Below are positions 1 through 9,572 of a stretch of 64,000 bases of DNA, piece after piece. This DNA is from an uncultured Acidobacteriota bacterium (lineage in GTDB: Bacteria; Acidobacteriota; JAQAZP01). The notes beneath the pieces are model-generated. The model was not told where the DNA came from, ran no database searches, and was given only the letters and a program-made list of their open reading frames with translations. How positions within the stretch are numbered: the stretch's first letter is position 1; the number at the start of each line of letters is the position of its first letter. The translations under genes and the position numbers were made by a program. The stretch lies in NCBI GenBank assembly GCA_963836075.1, contig CAWIIB010000009.1:2400001-2464000 (forward strand), in the 5' to 3' direction.

Positions 1-871
1 CCTCCACCAGCTTGAGCAGCTTGCGTTTACTCATCAGCGTGCGGCTGAGATTGAGCCGGGCGAACTCGATCTGTTTCGGGACGTGGGGCACGTCCAGCCG
101 GTCGATGAACCAATCATAGATCTCGCGGTTGTTCTCGAACTCCAGGGTGCAGACCGAGTGCGTGATCCCCTCCAGGGCGTCGGAGAGGCAGTGGGTGAAG
201 TCGTACATCGGGTAGATGCACCAGGCGTCGCCGGTGCGGTAGTGGCTCTGGTGGCGGATGCGGTAGATCAGCGGGTCGCGCATCTTCATGTTCGCCGCCG
301 CCATGTCGATTTTCGCCCGCAGCACGTGGGCCCCGTCGGGAAACTCACCGGCCCGCATGCGGCGGAAGAGGTCGAGGTTCTCCTCCACCGGGCGGTGGCG
401 GTGCGGGCTCTCGGTGCCGGCCTGCTTCACCGTGCCGCGATACTGCCGGATCTCCTCCTCGCTGAGGTCGTCCACGTAGGCCTTGCCCTTCTGGATCAGC
501 TCCTCGGCGAACTGGTAGAGCCGCTCGAAGTAGTCTGAAGCGTGGTAGAGGCGGTCCTGCCAGTCGAAGCCGAGCCAGTGCACGTCCTCCTTGATCGACT
601 CCACGTATTCCACGTCCTCGGTTTCGGGGTTGGAGTCGTCAAAACGCAGGTTGCACAGCCCGCCATACTCGGCGGCGATGCCGAAGTTAAGGCAGATCGA
701 CTTGGCATGGCCGATGTGCAGGTAGCCGTTTGGTTCAGGGGGAAAGCGGGTGTGCACCCGTCCGTCGTTTATTCCCCTGGCCAGGTCGTCGGCCACCCGG
801 GCCCGGATAAAGTCGAGCTGGGCGTTTTCGTCGGTTACGGTTTTTTTATCGTTGTCCTTTTCGGAACTCAT
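1..871 (-). CDS. glnS: Glutamine--tRNA ligase (5' part; gene runs off the window's left edge)
   Basis: Not in the ORF track because it has no stop in the window. Manual minus-strand translation from ATG at 871 gives [10 protein letters not shown]...[24 protein letters not shown]...LRFDDSNP...[33 protein letters not shown]...[17 protein letters not shown], with the class I HIGH and MSKR motifs. Confidence 0.96.
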   Translation of the reverse strand, partial: MSSEKDNDKKTVTDENAQLDFIRARVADDLARGINDGRVHTRFPPEPNGYLHIGHAKSICLNFGIAAEYGGLCNLRFDDSNPETEDVEYVESIKEDVHWLGFDWQDRLYHASDYFERLYQFAEELIQKGKAYVDDLSEEEIRQYRGTVKQAGTESPHRHRPVEENLDLFRRMRAGEFPDGAHVLRAKIDMAAANMKMRDPLIYRIRHQSHYRTGDAWCIYPMYDFTHCLSDALEGITHSVCTLEFENNREIYDWFIDRLDVPHVPKQIEFARLNLSRTLMSKRKLLKLVE

Positions 872-968
872 GGCCTTTGGAACCTCTGTTGCGCTTTGGA
901 TGCACCCGTGGGTAGTTAGATCGATGCTGGTTGGCGCTGAAATTCTAGCATATCCGAGGGGCTGCGGG

Positions 969-1766
969 TCAGTCCAGATCCCCGGCGTCGCGGGCGCAGC
1001 GGAAACCGACGGCGATATCGACCCAGTTGGACGGCAGGCCGTTGCGGAAGTGCAGGGGTGTGCAGCCCGGGCCGGTATGCCAGCCCCCGCCGCGGATCAC
1101 CCGGAAACGGCCCTTTTCCGGGCCCAGGGGGTTGGCCGCCGGGGAGACGTCGTAGTAGCCGGCGTCGTAGCGGTCGATGACCCACTCGCTGACATTGCCG
1201 GACATGTCGTGGAGCCCGAAGCCGTTGGGCGGGTAGCTCTCCACTTCCACCGGCGCCTGGTGCTCCGACTTGGCATAGTTGGTGTGCGTGGCGTCGACCT
1301 CGTCACCCCAGTAAAACTTCCGGCCATTGACTCCGCCCCGGGCGGCGCGCTCGAACTCCGCTTCGGAAGGCAGCCGCTTGCCGATCCATTTGGCGTAGTC
1401 CCTGGCGTCCGACCAGCTGACCCCCACCACCGGATGGCGGGGCCAGTCCGGGCCGCTGCGGTAGCGGTCCATGCCCCAGAATTCGGGGAGTTTGCGGTCA
1501 GTGGCCTGGCAGAAAGCCTGGTACTGGGCGTTGGTCACCTCGTGGCGGTCGATGTAGTAGGCGTCGAGGTGGACTGTGTGCGGCGGGCTGGCACTGCCCT
1601 CGCCCTCCACGCCCATCACGAATTCGCCGGCCGGGATGAGGACTTCGGGTGTGGGGGCCGGTGGTGCCGCGGGAATGCCGCTGGTAACCCTCCTGGCCCC
1701 GCCGCAACCAGCGGCGGCCAGGGCCAGTAAAAGAACCAGCAGTGGTTTGATCAGCTTCAGTGCCAT
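969..1766 (-). CDS. Formylglycine-generating-enzyme-like (SUMF1/FGE-sulfatase domain) lipoprotein
   Basis: Lipobox-like LAAAGC; motifs [66 protein letters not shown]. Lacks the canonical FGE catalytic Cys pair. Confidence 0.88.
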   Translation of the reverse strand: MALKLIKPLLVLLLALAAAGCGGARRVTSGIPAAPPAPTPEVLIPAGEFVMGVEGEGSASPPHTVHLDAYYIDRHEVTNAQYQAFCQATDRKLPEFWGMDRYRSGPDWPRHPVVGVSWSDARDYAKWIGKRLPSEAEFERAARGGVNGRKFYWGDEVDATHTNYAKSEHQAPVEVESYPPNGFGLHDMSGNVSEWVIDRYDAGYYDVSPAANPLGPEKGRFRVIRGGGWHTGPGCTPLHFRNGLPSNWVDIAVGFRCARDAGDLD

Positions 1767-1796
1767 CCTGTGTCCTCGCCCCGGAAACGGCCGCCG

Positions 1797-2375
1797 CTAC
1801 TTGCCCAGCACCCCTTCCCTGAGATCCTTGTTAGGGGGCTCCTTGCCGAGCCAGATCAGGAGCAGCGCGGACTGGAACTCCCGGCCGGTGATCGTTCCCT
1901 TCACTTCCCCTTTTACGGAAACGGTCACTGTTTCATCCAGAAACTCGAGGACCATCTGCTCGCCCTCTTCCATGGAGGCCTGCATCCCGTGAAACTGGTG
2001 GATCTGATCCTTGATGGAATCGATACTGTCGGTGTTTTTCTCGAAGCCCTCCTGCCAGGCGTCCTGCAGATCCGACTCGGCCACCGCGCGGACAAAGTGC
2101 ATCACGATCTTCTTGGCCTGGTCCGAGGCGGCGATGGCCGGCCCGTCCTTGCTCTTCTCTTCCAGGTAGAGGCCCATCACGTAGACCTTGACCTTGAGGA
2201 AGGTGGCCTTGCGGGTGCCCATGCCGTTGAGCACCAGGTCCTTGCCTCCCACTTCAGCCGTTTCGGGCATGGTGATGCCGTCGAGGGTGCCGCAGAGGGC
2301 CGGCAATGGCTGGAACATCGAGAAGGCAATACAGATGGCGAGCAGGGTCAATCCTGAACGGGTGAAGAGCTTCAT
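1797..2375 (-). CDS. Chalcone isomerase-like family protein, secreted
   Basis: LVLNGMGTRKATFLKVKVYVMGLYL and C-terminal IWLGKEPPNKDLREGVLG; signal peptide from ATG 2375 (the ORF track extends to 2429). Confidence 0.85.
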   Translation of the reverse strand: MKLFTRSGLTLLAICIAFSMFQPLPALCGTLDGITMPETAEVGGKDLVLNGMGTRKATFLKVKVYVMGLYLEEKSKDGPAIAASDQAKKIVMHFVRAVAESDLQDAWQEGFEKNTDSIDSIKDQIHQFHGMQASMEEGEQMVLEFLDETVTVSVKGEVKGTITGREFQSALLLIWLGKEPPNKDLREGVLGK

Positions 2376-2511
2376 GGCACCGGCCTCCCTGGCCCCCGCG
2401 GGGGCAGCTGGGTCAGATAGGAAGATCATCCGACGTGTTACCAGAGGTGAAATACGGTTGGATCCACTGAGGCTACTATATCTTCAACAGTCCGGGTTGT
2501 CATGTCCACTC

Positions 2512-2589
2512 TTGGGGTCAGGTCCTGAAAACTGACATTTTTCAGTGGCGTGGCGAGAGAATTGTCACTTTTCGGGACCTGACCCCCAA
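2512..2589. repeat. REP-like long imperfect inverted repeat (GGGGTCAGGTCC...GGACCTGACCCC)
   Basis: Left arm ttggggtcaggtcctgaaaactgacatttttc pairs with right arm gagaattgtcacttttcgggacctgacccccaa; overlaps the 3' end of CDS 2565-3020. Confidence 0.75.
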
Positions 2590-3020
2590 AAGTGACAAAG
2601 GCGGTGGTAGTACTGCAGGCTCCCGGCGAAGAGCGCCGTGCCGATGGCCGCGTAGAGCACGGCCAGGACGGGGCGGGGCAGGGGCGAGTGGCGCAGGGCC
2701 AGACCCATGGCGATCATCAGGGCCACCAGCAGCCAGCTGTGCCAGGCCTGGAAAGAGAAGAGGCATGGCCGCTCGCTGCTGCGGCAGATCCGCTCGATAT
2801 TCTTCCGCGCCACCCGGGAGAAGTTGAAGCGGTGGATCAGCAGGCCGAGGAGCAGACCCGCCAGGCCCAGCACCACCGACCAGGGCAACTGCATGTCGGC
2901 CAGCCAGCCCAGGGCCAGCCGGCCCAGCCCCAGGCCCACCATGGTCCAGACCAGCCCGGCCAGCACCAGCAGCCAGTGCCGGGGAACCGCAGGTTTCAGC
3001 CGGTGTCGAAGCATGTTCAC
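2565..3020 (-). CDS. Hypothetical membrane protein (about 4 TM helices)
   Basis: Hydrophobic segments; motifs LAGLVWTMVG, FSRVARKNIERI, CLFSFQAWHSWLLVALMIAMG. Confidence 0.75.
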   Translation of the reverse strand: MNMLRHRLKPAVPRHWLLVLAGLVWTMVGLGLGRLALGWLADMQLPWSVVLGLAGLLLGLLIHRFNFSRVARKNIERICRSSERPCLFSFQAWHSWLLVALMIAMGLALRHSPLPRPVLAVLYAAIGTALFAGSLQYYHRLCHFWGSGPEK

Positions 3021-3025
3021 CGCAG

Positions 3026-3061
3026 ATGCAACAAAAGGGGGCTGACCCCATTCTGTTGCAT
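3026..3061. repeat. REP-like hairpin with GGGGCTGACCCC core
   Basis: atgcaacaaaagggg-gctga-ccccattctgttgcat is an imperfect palindrome whose core (GGGGTCAG on the minus strand) matches the 2512-2589 element. Confidence 0.65.
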
Positions 3062-3075
3062 TTTCTCATTTTGTT

Positions 3076-3684
3076 TCATCCGGTCACCCCCCGCCAGAGC
3101 TGGAACAGGGCAAAGCCGGCCAGGGCGGCGGCCGAAGCGCCCAGCAGCACCCGGGTCACTTTCGGCCCCAGGTCCCGCGCCTTGCCGAAGACAAGGATGA
3201 TCAGGGCGAAGGTCCCCACCAGCGTACCATAAAACCCGAACAAAAATCCGATCCCCCGGGAGGGCGCCGAGCGGAAGGCCTCGAGGAATAGTGGGCCGGC
3301 CACCAGGCTCCAGTAAATGTAAGGGCCGGGGCTGATGAAGTTCATCAGCACCGCCTTGGCCATGGTGGTCCCGCCGTGGTCCTGCCGGATCTCCTGTTGC
3401 TTTCTCGATTCGAGCCAGCTCTTGAACGCCCCCCAGGCCAGCCAGAGCAGAAAGAGGCCGCTGGCCAGGTGCAGTGCCCGCTGCAATGACGGGGGGATGC
3501 GGCTGAGCACCAGCAGTACCAGCAGGATGATCGGGCCGTCGCTGATCAGCGGGGCCAGGGAGATCCAGATGGAGCGGCGCCAGCCGTTCTTCAGTGTCTG
3601 GCCGATGGCAAAGGCCTGGAAAGGGCCCGGCTGCACCGCGCCGGCGAACCCCAGGCCGATTCCCTGGATGAGAGAGGCGATCAT
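3076..3684 (-). CDS. LysE/RhtB family translocator
   Basis: GIGLGFAGAVQPGPFQ, APLISDGPII, LMNFISPGPYIYW; ATG 3684 overlaps the upstream stop (ATGA). Confidence 0.88.
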   Translation of the reverse strand: MIASLIQGIGLGFAGAVQPGPFQAFAIGQTLKNGWRRSIWISLAPLISDGPIILLVLLVLSRIPPSLQRALHLASGLFLLWLAWGAFKSWLESRKQQEIRQDHGGTTMAKAVLMNFISPGPYIYWSLVAGPLFLEAFRSAPSRGIGFLFGFYGTLVGTFALIILVFGKARDLGPKVTRVLLGASAAALAGFALFQLWRGVTG

Positions 3685-5252
3685 CGTTCCTCCGGGGGTG
3701 TGGTGGCCGCCGCACCCAGCACCCAGGCCATGTCTGCACGCCACCGTTCCGGATCAGCCGCGGCCAGGGGCTGGTGCCCGGCTTCAGGGTATTCGGAGTA
3801 GCGCTTCGGTCCGGCCAGAGCATCATACAGCCGCTTCGATTCAACGGAGGAGACCCGCTGGTCGTTTGCACCGCAGAGAACCAGGGCCGGACAGCGGACC
3901 CGGGCGGCGTAGGTTGCCGGGTTGTGGCCAAAAGCGTTGAACCCGCCCCGCACTCCGCCCCAGAGGACCAGCAGCTCGGCCAGCGGCGACGGCGGAAGGC
4001 CCATGGCCCGGAACCGGCTGCGCACCGTGTTGAGCAGCGTGTCAAATGTGCTCTCCACCACCAGGGCCGCCGGTGCCGCCCCTTCGGCGGCCACGGCCCG
4101 GAGCAGTGCCGCCCCGCCCATGGAGAGCCCGTAGAGCAGCACCGGCCGGTCCGCCCACTGCTCGGCCGCGAAGTTGAAGGCCGCCGCCGCGTCCCCGCCT
4201 TCCCGGTAGCCGATGGTGGTGCCGCTGCCCGTGGAACCGCCCGAGCCGTAGAAGTCCACCAGCAGTACGCTGCAGCCCAGGGCGTGGAGGCGGGCAGCCG
4301 TGGGCAGCAGGTCCGCCTTGCACCCCGCGTAGCCGTGGAAGAGCAGGACCAGCACCCCATCGTCGTTCGGCCCGGGGATGTGCCACGCTTCCAGCTGGTG
4401 GCCGCCGCTGCCGGCGAAGCGGTGGGTCTCGAAGACCAGGCCCAGGTCTGCCGGGGTGGCGATGCCCGCGGGGCGGGGCACGGTGACTCCGGTGAGCAGA
4501 GTCCGGACCGTCTGGAGCGGGCCCAGACTCTCCGGAGGCGGAGTCCGCCCCCCCTGCTCCGCAAAGCGGGTCATCGCCCCGGCGTGGAGGAAGGCCGCGA
4601 GGTTCAGCGCCAGGAATGCCGCAGCCAGGGATGCAAACAGCAGCCGCCGGATCAGCCGCCAGCGGCCGCTGAGCGGCAGGGGGATGAGCATGGGGACTCT
4701 TTGCCGGTAGCGGCGGTACTGGTCACCGAACTCGGCGGTCAGTTTCCGTTCCTCCAGCAGGGTGCCCACCAGCAGGTAGGCGGTGAGGATCAGGTTGCTG
4801 ACCAGGGTGGCGGTATCGATGTCCCGCGCTGCGGACCAGAGGAAGAAGAGGGCGCCCAGATACCAGGGGTGCCGGGTGCGGCCAAGGATGCCGCTGTGGC
4901 TGATCTGTCCGTCACCACTCAGGGTAGCGCCGCTCCCCGCCCCGTCCAGGCCGAGGAACTGCCTCATGTCGTAGGCCCGCGCCCCGGCAAAGAAGAGGAG
5001 GCCGGCCGCGGCCAGCAGGCCCAGCCGCAGCGGCACGAGTATCCCCTCCCAGCTGAAGAGCAGGGTGGTCTGAAGTGATCTCTCATAGAACACCACGGCA
5101 GCGAGCGTGACCAGGGCGGTCAGGTTGTAGAAGACGCGGTAGAGGTGGAACCGGTCCCCCAGTTTCCGGCGGAGCCAGGCGGTCACCGGCCGGGCGATCA
5201 TCCCACTGTGCACCAGGCACCAGAGAACCCAGGCGACGACCAGCAGGGGCAC
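3681..5252 (-). CDS. Fusion of NnrU/isoprenylcysteine-methyltransferase-like membrane domain and alpha/beta hydrolase
   Basis: N-terminal half has WCLVHS, YRVFYN, RHPWYLG, EERKL..EFGDQYRRYRQRVPMLIP. C-terminal half has LLFHGY, GLSMGG nucleophile elbow, D(QRV) and AGH triad residues. Confidence 0.8.
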   Translation of the reverse strand: MPLLVVAWVLWCLVHSGMIARPVTAWLRRKLGDRFHLYRVFYNLTALVTLAAVVFYERSLQTTLLFSWEGILVPLRLGLLAAAGLLFFAGARAYDMRQFLGLDGAGSGATLSGDGQISHSGILGRTRHPWYLGALFFLWSAARDIDTATLVSNLILTAYLLVGTLLEERKLTAEFGDQYRRYRQRVPMLIPLPLSGRWRLIRRLLFASLAAAFLALNLAAFLHAGAMTRFAEQGGRTPPPESLGPLQTVRTLLTGVTVPRPAGIATPADLGLVFETHRFAGSGGHQLEAWHIPGPNDDGVLVLLFHGYAGCKADLLPTAARLHALGCSVLLVDFYGSGGSTGSGTTIGYREGGDAAAAFNFAAEQWADRPVLLYGLSMGGAALLRAVAAEGAAPAALVVESTFDTLLNTVRSRFRAMGLPPSPLAELLVLWGGVRGGFNAFGHNPATYAARVRCPALVLCGANDQRVSSVESKRLYDALAGPKRYSEYPEAGHQPLAAADPERWRADMAWVLGAAATTPPEER

Positions 5253-5258
5253 GGTTTC

Positions 5259-6005
5259 TCACTCCTTCCCGGCAGGCGGTTCCTCAGCCTCTGCATCCCA
5301 CAGCTGCTGGACCCACTTCACTCCCCGGCGCAGGGCCGGCGCAAAGGCGGCGGTGCTGTAGTGGGTCGGGCCGTCTTCCAGCACCACCAGCCTGGCGGTG
5401 ACGCCCCGCTTCTTCATCTCCTGCACCGCCTTTTTGGCCGGGCCCAGGTCGATCACCTGGTCCTGCCGGCTGTGAATGGCGTAGAGCGGGATGGTCACCG
5501 GCGGCCCCCCCGAGGGGCCTCCGGCCACCGGCAGGGCGGCGGAGAAGATCTCCGGGTGGCGCGCCGCCAGGTGCCACGTGCCCATACCGCCCATGCTGAA
5601 CCCGGTGACCACCACCCGTTGCGGGTCGGCGGGCCAGTTGTGGAGAGCATGCCGCACCAGGGCCAGGGCCGCCTGTTCGCTGGCCGGATCGCCCCAGCCG
5701 CGGCCCGGGCAGTCCGGAGCGATGATGATCGCCCCCAGCCGCTCGAACGCCGGCTCGGGCAGCATCTCCAGATAGGGCATGCTGAACCAGGGGGTCACCT
5801 CGCCGCCATAGTGCAGGGCGAGGACCAGGGGGACCGCAGAGCCTTTCTCCAGCTCTGGCACGGAGAGCGAGTAGCGGACCGTCTGTCCGCTCTCCAGGGT
5901 TAGGCTCATCCGGTGCCGGCCGGGACCGGGGATCAGGTTTTCTGCACGGCATGGCATGGCGCAGGCCAGCAGCGGCAGGAAGATCAGGATCACCACCAGC
6001 TTCAT
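5259..6005 (-). CDS. Secreted alpha/beta hydrolase (carboxylesterase/predicted peptidase)
   Basis: Signal peptide; PLVLALHYGG, IIIAPD, VVTGFSMGGMGTW, IHSRQDQVI, THY. Confidence 0.85.
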   Translation of the reverse strand: MKLVVILIFLPLLACAMPCRAENLIPGPGRHRMSLTLESGQTVRYSLSVPELEKGSAVPLVLALHYGGEVTPWFSMPYLEMLPEPAFERLGAIIIAPDCPGRGWGDPASEQAALALVRHALHNWPADPQRVVVTGFSMGGMGTWHLAARHPEIFSAALPVAGGPSGGPPVTIPLYAIHSRQDQVIDLGPAKKAVQEMKKRGVTARLVVLEDGPTHYSTAAFAPALRRGVKWVQQLWDAEAEEPPAGKE

Positions 6006-6595
6006 GATTTTTCTTGCCCCTTTTCTCCGAGGATGATGCTCTCCAGCGACCTTTTGGGTACGTGGTGCGTGCCACCTTCATCCCGCCAGTATTTGATCCC
6101 GCCGTCTTCTCCCAGCGGGTCGATGACCACCTGCTCGGCCGGTTCGCCAATGGCGATCACCAGAAGGATTTTCAGGTTTTCAGGGATGCCCAGCGCCTCG
6201 GCCAGGGCCTCCCGTTTCACCGAGGCGACCATGCAGCCACCGAGGCCGCGCTCAACAGCGCCGAGGAGGATGCTCTGCGACGCGATGCCCAGGTCGCAGT
6301 CGGTCCAGCGGCCGGCATCCCGGCCGGCGGTCACCACGATGTAGGCCGAGGGCCGTTCCCCTTCGTCCGGTCCGGTCCAGTCCTTGAGGTAGCCGGCCCA
6401 GGCCAGATGGGGAAAGATCCTGGCATTGGTCTCCGTATCCGCGGACAGGGAGTAGCGCAGCGGCTGGAGGTTCATTGCCGAACCCGACTGCCGGGCCAGG
6501 TCCACCAGTTCCCTGAGGGTTGCCATGGCCACCTTTCGGGACTGGCGAAATCGGCGATAGCTGCGGCAGCGGCGAACCAGCTCGTCCATCTTCAA
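6002..6595 (-). CDS. Nitroreductase family protein
   Basis: RSYRRF, SAMNLQPLRY, LAWAGYLKDW, GIASQSILLGAVERGLGGC, HHVPKRSL. Confidence 0.92.
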   Translation of the reverse strand: MKMDELVRRCRSYRRFRQSRKVAMATLRELVDLARQSGSAMNLQPLRYSLSADTETNARIFPHLAWAGYLKDWTGPDEGERPSAYIVVTAGRDAGRWTDCDLGIASQSILLGAVERGLGGCMVASVKREALAEALGIPENLKILLVIAIGEPAEQVVIDPLGEDGGIKYWRDEGGTHHVPKRSLESIILGEKGQEKS

Positions 6596-7530
6596 CCGTT
6601 TTCCCTCCCGGCCCGTGCCGCCGTCTCCATGGGGAGCAGGCTGGCATGGAGGAATGTGTTGGCCGGCACGGGCACCCCGGATTCCCGGCCCAGCCGCACC
6701 GTGGCGCCCACGTGGGCCTCCAGCTCCGACGGCCGGCCTTCCATGATGTCCCGCTGCATGGATGAGGTGGCCGCGGCCGGCAGGCCATCAAAGAAGTCGA
6801 GGGTTCTGGCCACCGCGTTGTCGGCCAGGGGCACCCCGCGGGCGGCGGCCAGCCGGTGCACTTCTTCCATGGCATCGGTGAGCAGCTGCCTGGTTTCCGG
6901 GATGCTCCTGACCAGGCCCACCGGCGAACGGGTCACCGCGCAGACCCCGGCGGTGGGGGAGACGAAGAGGAATTTCTCCCAGATGGAGGCATGGATGTTC
7001 TCCGGTCTGCGGGCGGTGATCCCGGCATGGGTGAAGGCCTGCACCAGCTCATCCACCCGCCGGCTGGGCCTGTTGTCCAGCTCACCCAGGGCGATGAACG
7101 GCTCCACCCCCAGGTGTTTGATGTGCCCGGGAGTTTCGGCCATGGCGATGATACGGCAGATGGCCCCCAGCACCCGTTCCCCGCCGTAGAGACCGGCCAG
7201 TTCCGTTTCCGATTCCACCCCGTTCTGCAGAGGGATCAGCGCTGTTTCCGGCCCCACCATGGGCCGGATCGATTCGGCTGCCGCGGCCAGCTGCCAGGTC
7301 TTGACCGTGAGCAGCACCGCGTCCACCGGACCGATGTCGTCGGGCCGGTGGGTGGTCTGGAGGCCGGCGAGGGACAGGTTGCCGTTGGGGCTGGCGATCC
7401 GCAGACCGTCCCTGCTGAGCGCCTCGAGGGTTTGCCCCCGGACAAGGAAAACAACGTCTTCCCCCGCCGCTGCGAGGCGTCCGCCAAAGTAGCCGCCCAC
7501 GGCGCCGGCCCCGATTACTGCGATACGCAC
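6592..7530 (-). CDS. panE: 2-dehydropantoate 2-reductase
   Basis: GTG start at 7530 after a GGAGGA RBS; RIAVIGAGAVGGYFGG, LQNGV, WEKFLF, SSMQRDIMEGRPSELE. Confidence 0.92.
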   Translation of the reverse strand: MRIAVIGAGAVGGYFGGRLAAAGEDVVFLVRGQTLEALSRDGLRIASPNGNLSLAGLQTTHRPDDIGPVDAVLLTVKTWQLAAAAESIRPMVGPETALIPLQNGVESETELAGLYGGERVLGAICRIIAMAETPGHIKHLGVEPFIALGELDNRPSRRVDELVQAFTHAGITARRPENIHASIWEKFLFVSPTAGVCAVTRSPVGLVRSIPETRQLLTDAMEEVHRLAAARGVPLADNAVARTLDFFDGLPAAATSSMQRDIMEGRPSELEAHVGATVRLGRESGVPVPANTFLHASLLPMETAARAGRENG

Positions 7531-7531
7531 G

Positions 7532-7723
7532 TCAACGTCCTCCTGCTCTGTTTTTTCTCCGGGTGAAGCGCAGCCCGGACCAGGTGCTGTCGGTGGAGCA
7601 GACCTTGTAATCCACAAGCCCGGCGGCCGGCAACGTCTCGAATCCCGCATCCCGCAGCAGATTGACCTGGGCCCCGGCTTCAGTGGCGTTCCAGTGGAAG
7701 AGGTGTACGCGGTGGTGCGGCAT
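7532..7723 (-). pseudogene. 63-aa mini-ORF, probable internally deleted remnant of a DUF3052-like protein gene
   Basis: GGAGG RBS before ATG 7723. N-terminal HRVHLFHWNATEA...LRDAGFE is joined directly to AAGLVDYKVCSTDSTWSGLRFTRRK, which resembles (from recall) the C-terminus of approximately 250-aa DUF3052-like proteins. Confidence 0.55.
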
Positions 7724-7825
7724 CGGGGCCTCCGGACCAGGGCTGAAACAGGTGGAAATCCCGTACGGGTGGATGAATCAATCATGCCTCAGCGGATCGC
7801 GGAAATCAAACGGCGGGCGGGTCCG

Positions 7826-9016
7826 TCAGTGTTGCCGGGCCTGCTCCTTCACCCAGGCCTCCACCAGCGGCATGAACTGCCCGGCATACTCGTGCATCGA
7901 GCGGTCCAGCATGCCGCTGAAGCGGTCGGCATTGATCTGCAGGGCCAGGGCGAAGCGGTGGACCTGACTGAACTCGATCTGGGTCTGGTGCCCGGGGAAG
8001 ATGCCGCCGTGGCCATAGATCAGCCCCGAGTCCGAAGCCCAGATCTGCAGTCCCAGGCCGTAGGATTCACCCTCGGTGTGCAGGGCCTCCGCGTCCGCCG
8101 GTACGCGCATGGCCAGCCGGGCCTCTTCGGAAAGCAGGTTGCCGTCCGCAAGATTCCGCAGCCAGCGAGCCATGTCGAGACTGTTGGTGACGAAGCCGCC
8201 GCCGGTCCACTCGAACTGCGGATTGATGAAGTAGACCCCGTCCTGCAGGGGGTGGGCCGGGAAATCGAACATCTCCGATTCGCCCGAACAGCCCTGGATC
8301 AGACCCTCCAGGGTCCGCGAGACGGATGGTGCGGTGCGCGTCAGGCCCAGCGGGCGGATGAACCGGCGCTCCACTTCGCCATAGAACGTGTTCCCGGTGA
8401 CCTGCTCGATGATCATTCCCACGATGATGAAGTTGGTGTCGGAATAATCCCAGCCCTGGCCGGCGGGGTGCAGCGCCGGGTCGTCGAAGATGTAGGAGAG
8501 CAGTTCCTCCGGCTGCCACACCCGGTCCGGCTCGGTGGCCAGGTCCTCCCAGAATTCGGTCTTCAGCACGTAGCGCGGCAATCCGCTGGTGTGGCTGAGC
8601 AGCATGCGCACCGTGATCTCGTCGTGGTTGGGGAGACGGGCCAGCCATGGCGTGCCGCCGAAGAAGTCGGCCAGCGGCTGCTCCAGTCTTACCAGCCCCT
8701 CGTCCACCAGCTGCATGGCCACTGCCGCGGCAAAGGTCTTGCCGGTGCTGCCGGAAAACATCCGGTCCTGCGGTTCCATCGGGGTTTCCCCCTCGGGGTC
8801 GGCCAGGCCGGTGGCCAGGTGGACCTGCCGGCCGTCGGCCAGCACCACGGCCAGGGTGGCCCCGGGGAAGCCCGACTCCACTTGCACTTCGTCCAGTCGT
8901 GTCTGGAGCTGTCCGGCAAGCTCTGTCAAAGCGGGGTCGGGATCGACGGGGCGCGTCGTGCAGGCACCGAGCAAGAGGAGGACCGGCAGCAGGGCCGGCA
9001 GCAGCTTTCTGATCAC
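7826..9016 (-). CDS. Serine hydrolase (beta-lactamase class C/DD-peptidase-like) lipoprotein
   Basis: Lipobox LLGAC; SxxK (STGK), LLSHTSG, YSDTN, HGG. Confidence 0.9.
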   Translation of the reverse strand: MIRKLLPALLPVLLLLGACTTRPVDPDPALTELAGQLQTRLDEVQVESGFPGATLAVVLADGRQVHLATGLADPEGETPMEPQDRMFSGSTGKTFAAAVAMQLVDEGLVRLEQPLADFFGGTPWLARLPNHDEITVRMLLSHTSGLPRYVLKTEFWEDLATEPDRVWQPEELLSYIFDDPALHPAGQGWDYSDTNFIIVGMIIEQVTGNTFYGEVERRFIRPLGLTRTAPSVSRTLEGLIQGCSGESEMFDFPAHPLQDGVYFINPQFEWTGGGFVTNSLDMARWLRNLADGNLLSEEARLAMRVPADAEALHTEGESYGLGLQIWASDSGLIYGHGGIFPGHQTQIEFSQVHRFALALQINADRFSGMLDRSMHEYAGQFMPLVEAWVKEQARQH

Positions 9017-9047
9017 GTGGGGTTCCTTCCCTGGTCGGTCATGGTGG

Positions 9048-9572
9048 TTACCCGGCCAGTTCCCCGAGCAGTTCGGTGATTCTGGTCAGGTGGTAGACGT
9101 CGTGCTCGGCAAAGAAGTAGACCGCGTCCACCGTACGCATCGGTTGGTCCAGACGGGGGTGGTGCGCGCTGCGGCCGAAGTCATCCGGGGCCAGCGCTTC
9201 CAGGCGCCGGACCAGCCCGCCGCGCCGCTCCCGCAAGGCCCGGAGGATATCAGCCGTGGGAAAGTGATTGTAATCGGCTTTTTCGGTGCGCCGGTTCGAC
9301 ATGTCGGCGGCGGTCAGTGTCTCAACGCCGGCGTCGTAGTCGTCCAGCCGCGCTTCCAGCAGGTCGTCGACACTGATCAGGTGGCCCAACTGCTCGCGGA
9401 CCGACCAGCGGCCGTCCATACACCTGCGGGCCAGCAGGTCTTCGGGAAGTCCACGGACAATGTCACTCGCGCGGCCGGGCAGGCCGCGGAGCCGTTCCAC
9501 CATCTCGGGATAGAGGTCCACCGGAAAGTCGAAGTTGAATTTCCGCTGGACCCAGTTGATTCGGGCGGTCAT
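9048..9572 (-). CDS. DinB family protein
   Basis: WSVREQLGHL, AEHDVYHL metal-binding His motifs. Confidence 0.88.
   Translation of the reverse strand: MTARINWVQRKFNFDFPVDLYPEMVERLRGLPGRASDIVRGLPEDLLARRCMDGRWSVREQLGHLISVDDLLEARLDDYDAGVETLTAADMSNRRTEKADYNHFPTADILRALRERRGGLVRRLEALAPDDFGRSAHHPRLDQPMRTVDAVYFFAEHDVYHLTRITELLGELAG

Noticed and set aside
969-1120. FGE/CLec-fold protein as a DGR target
   Set aside because: No second copy of its 3' region and no RT or Avd gene was found in the window.
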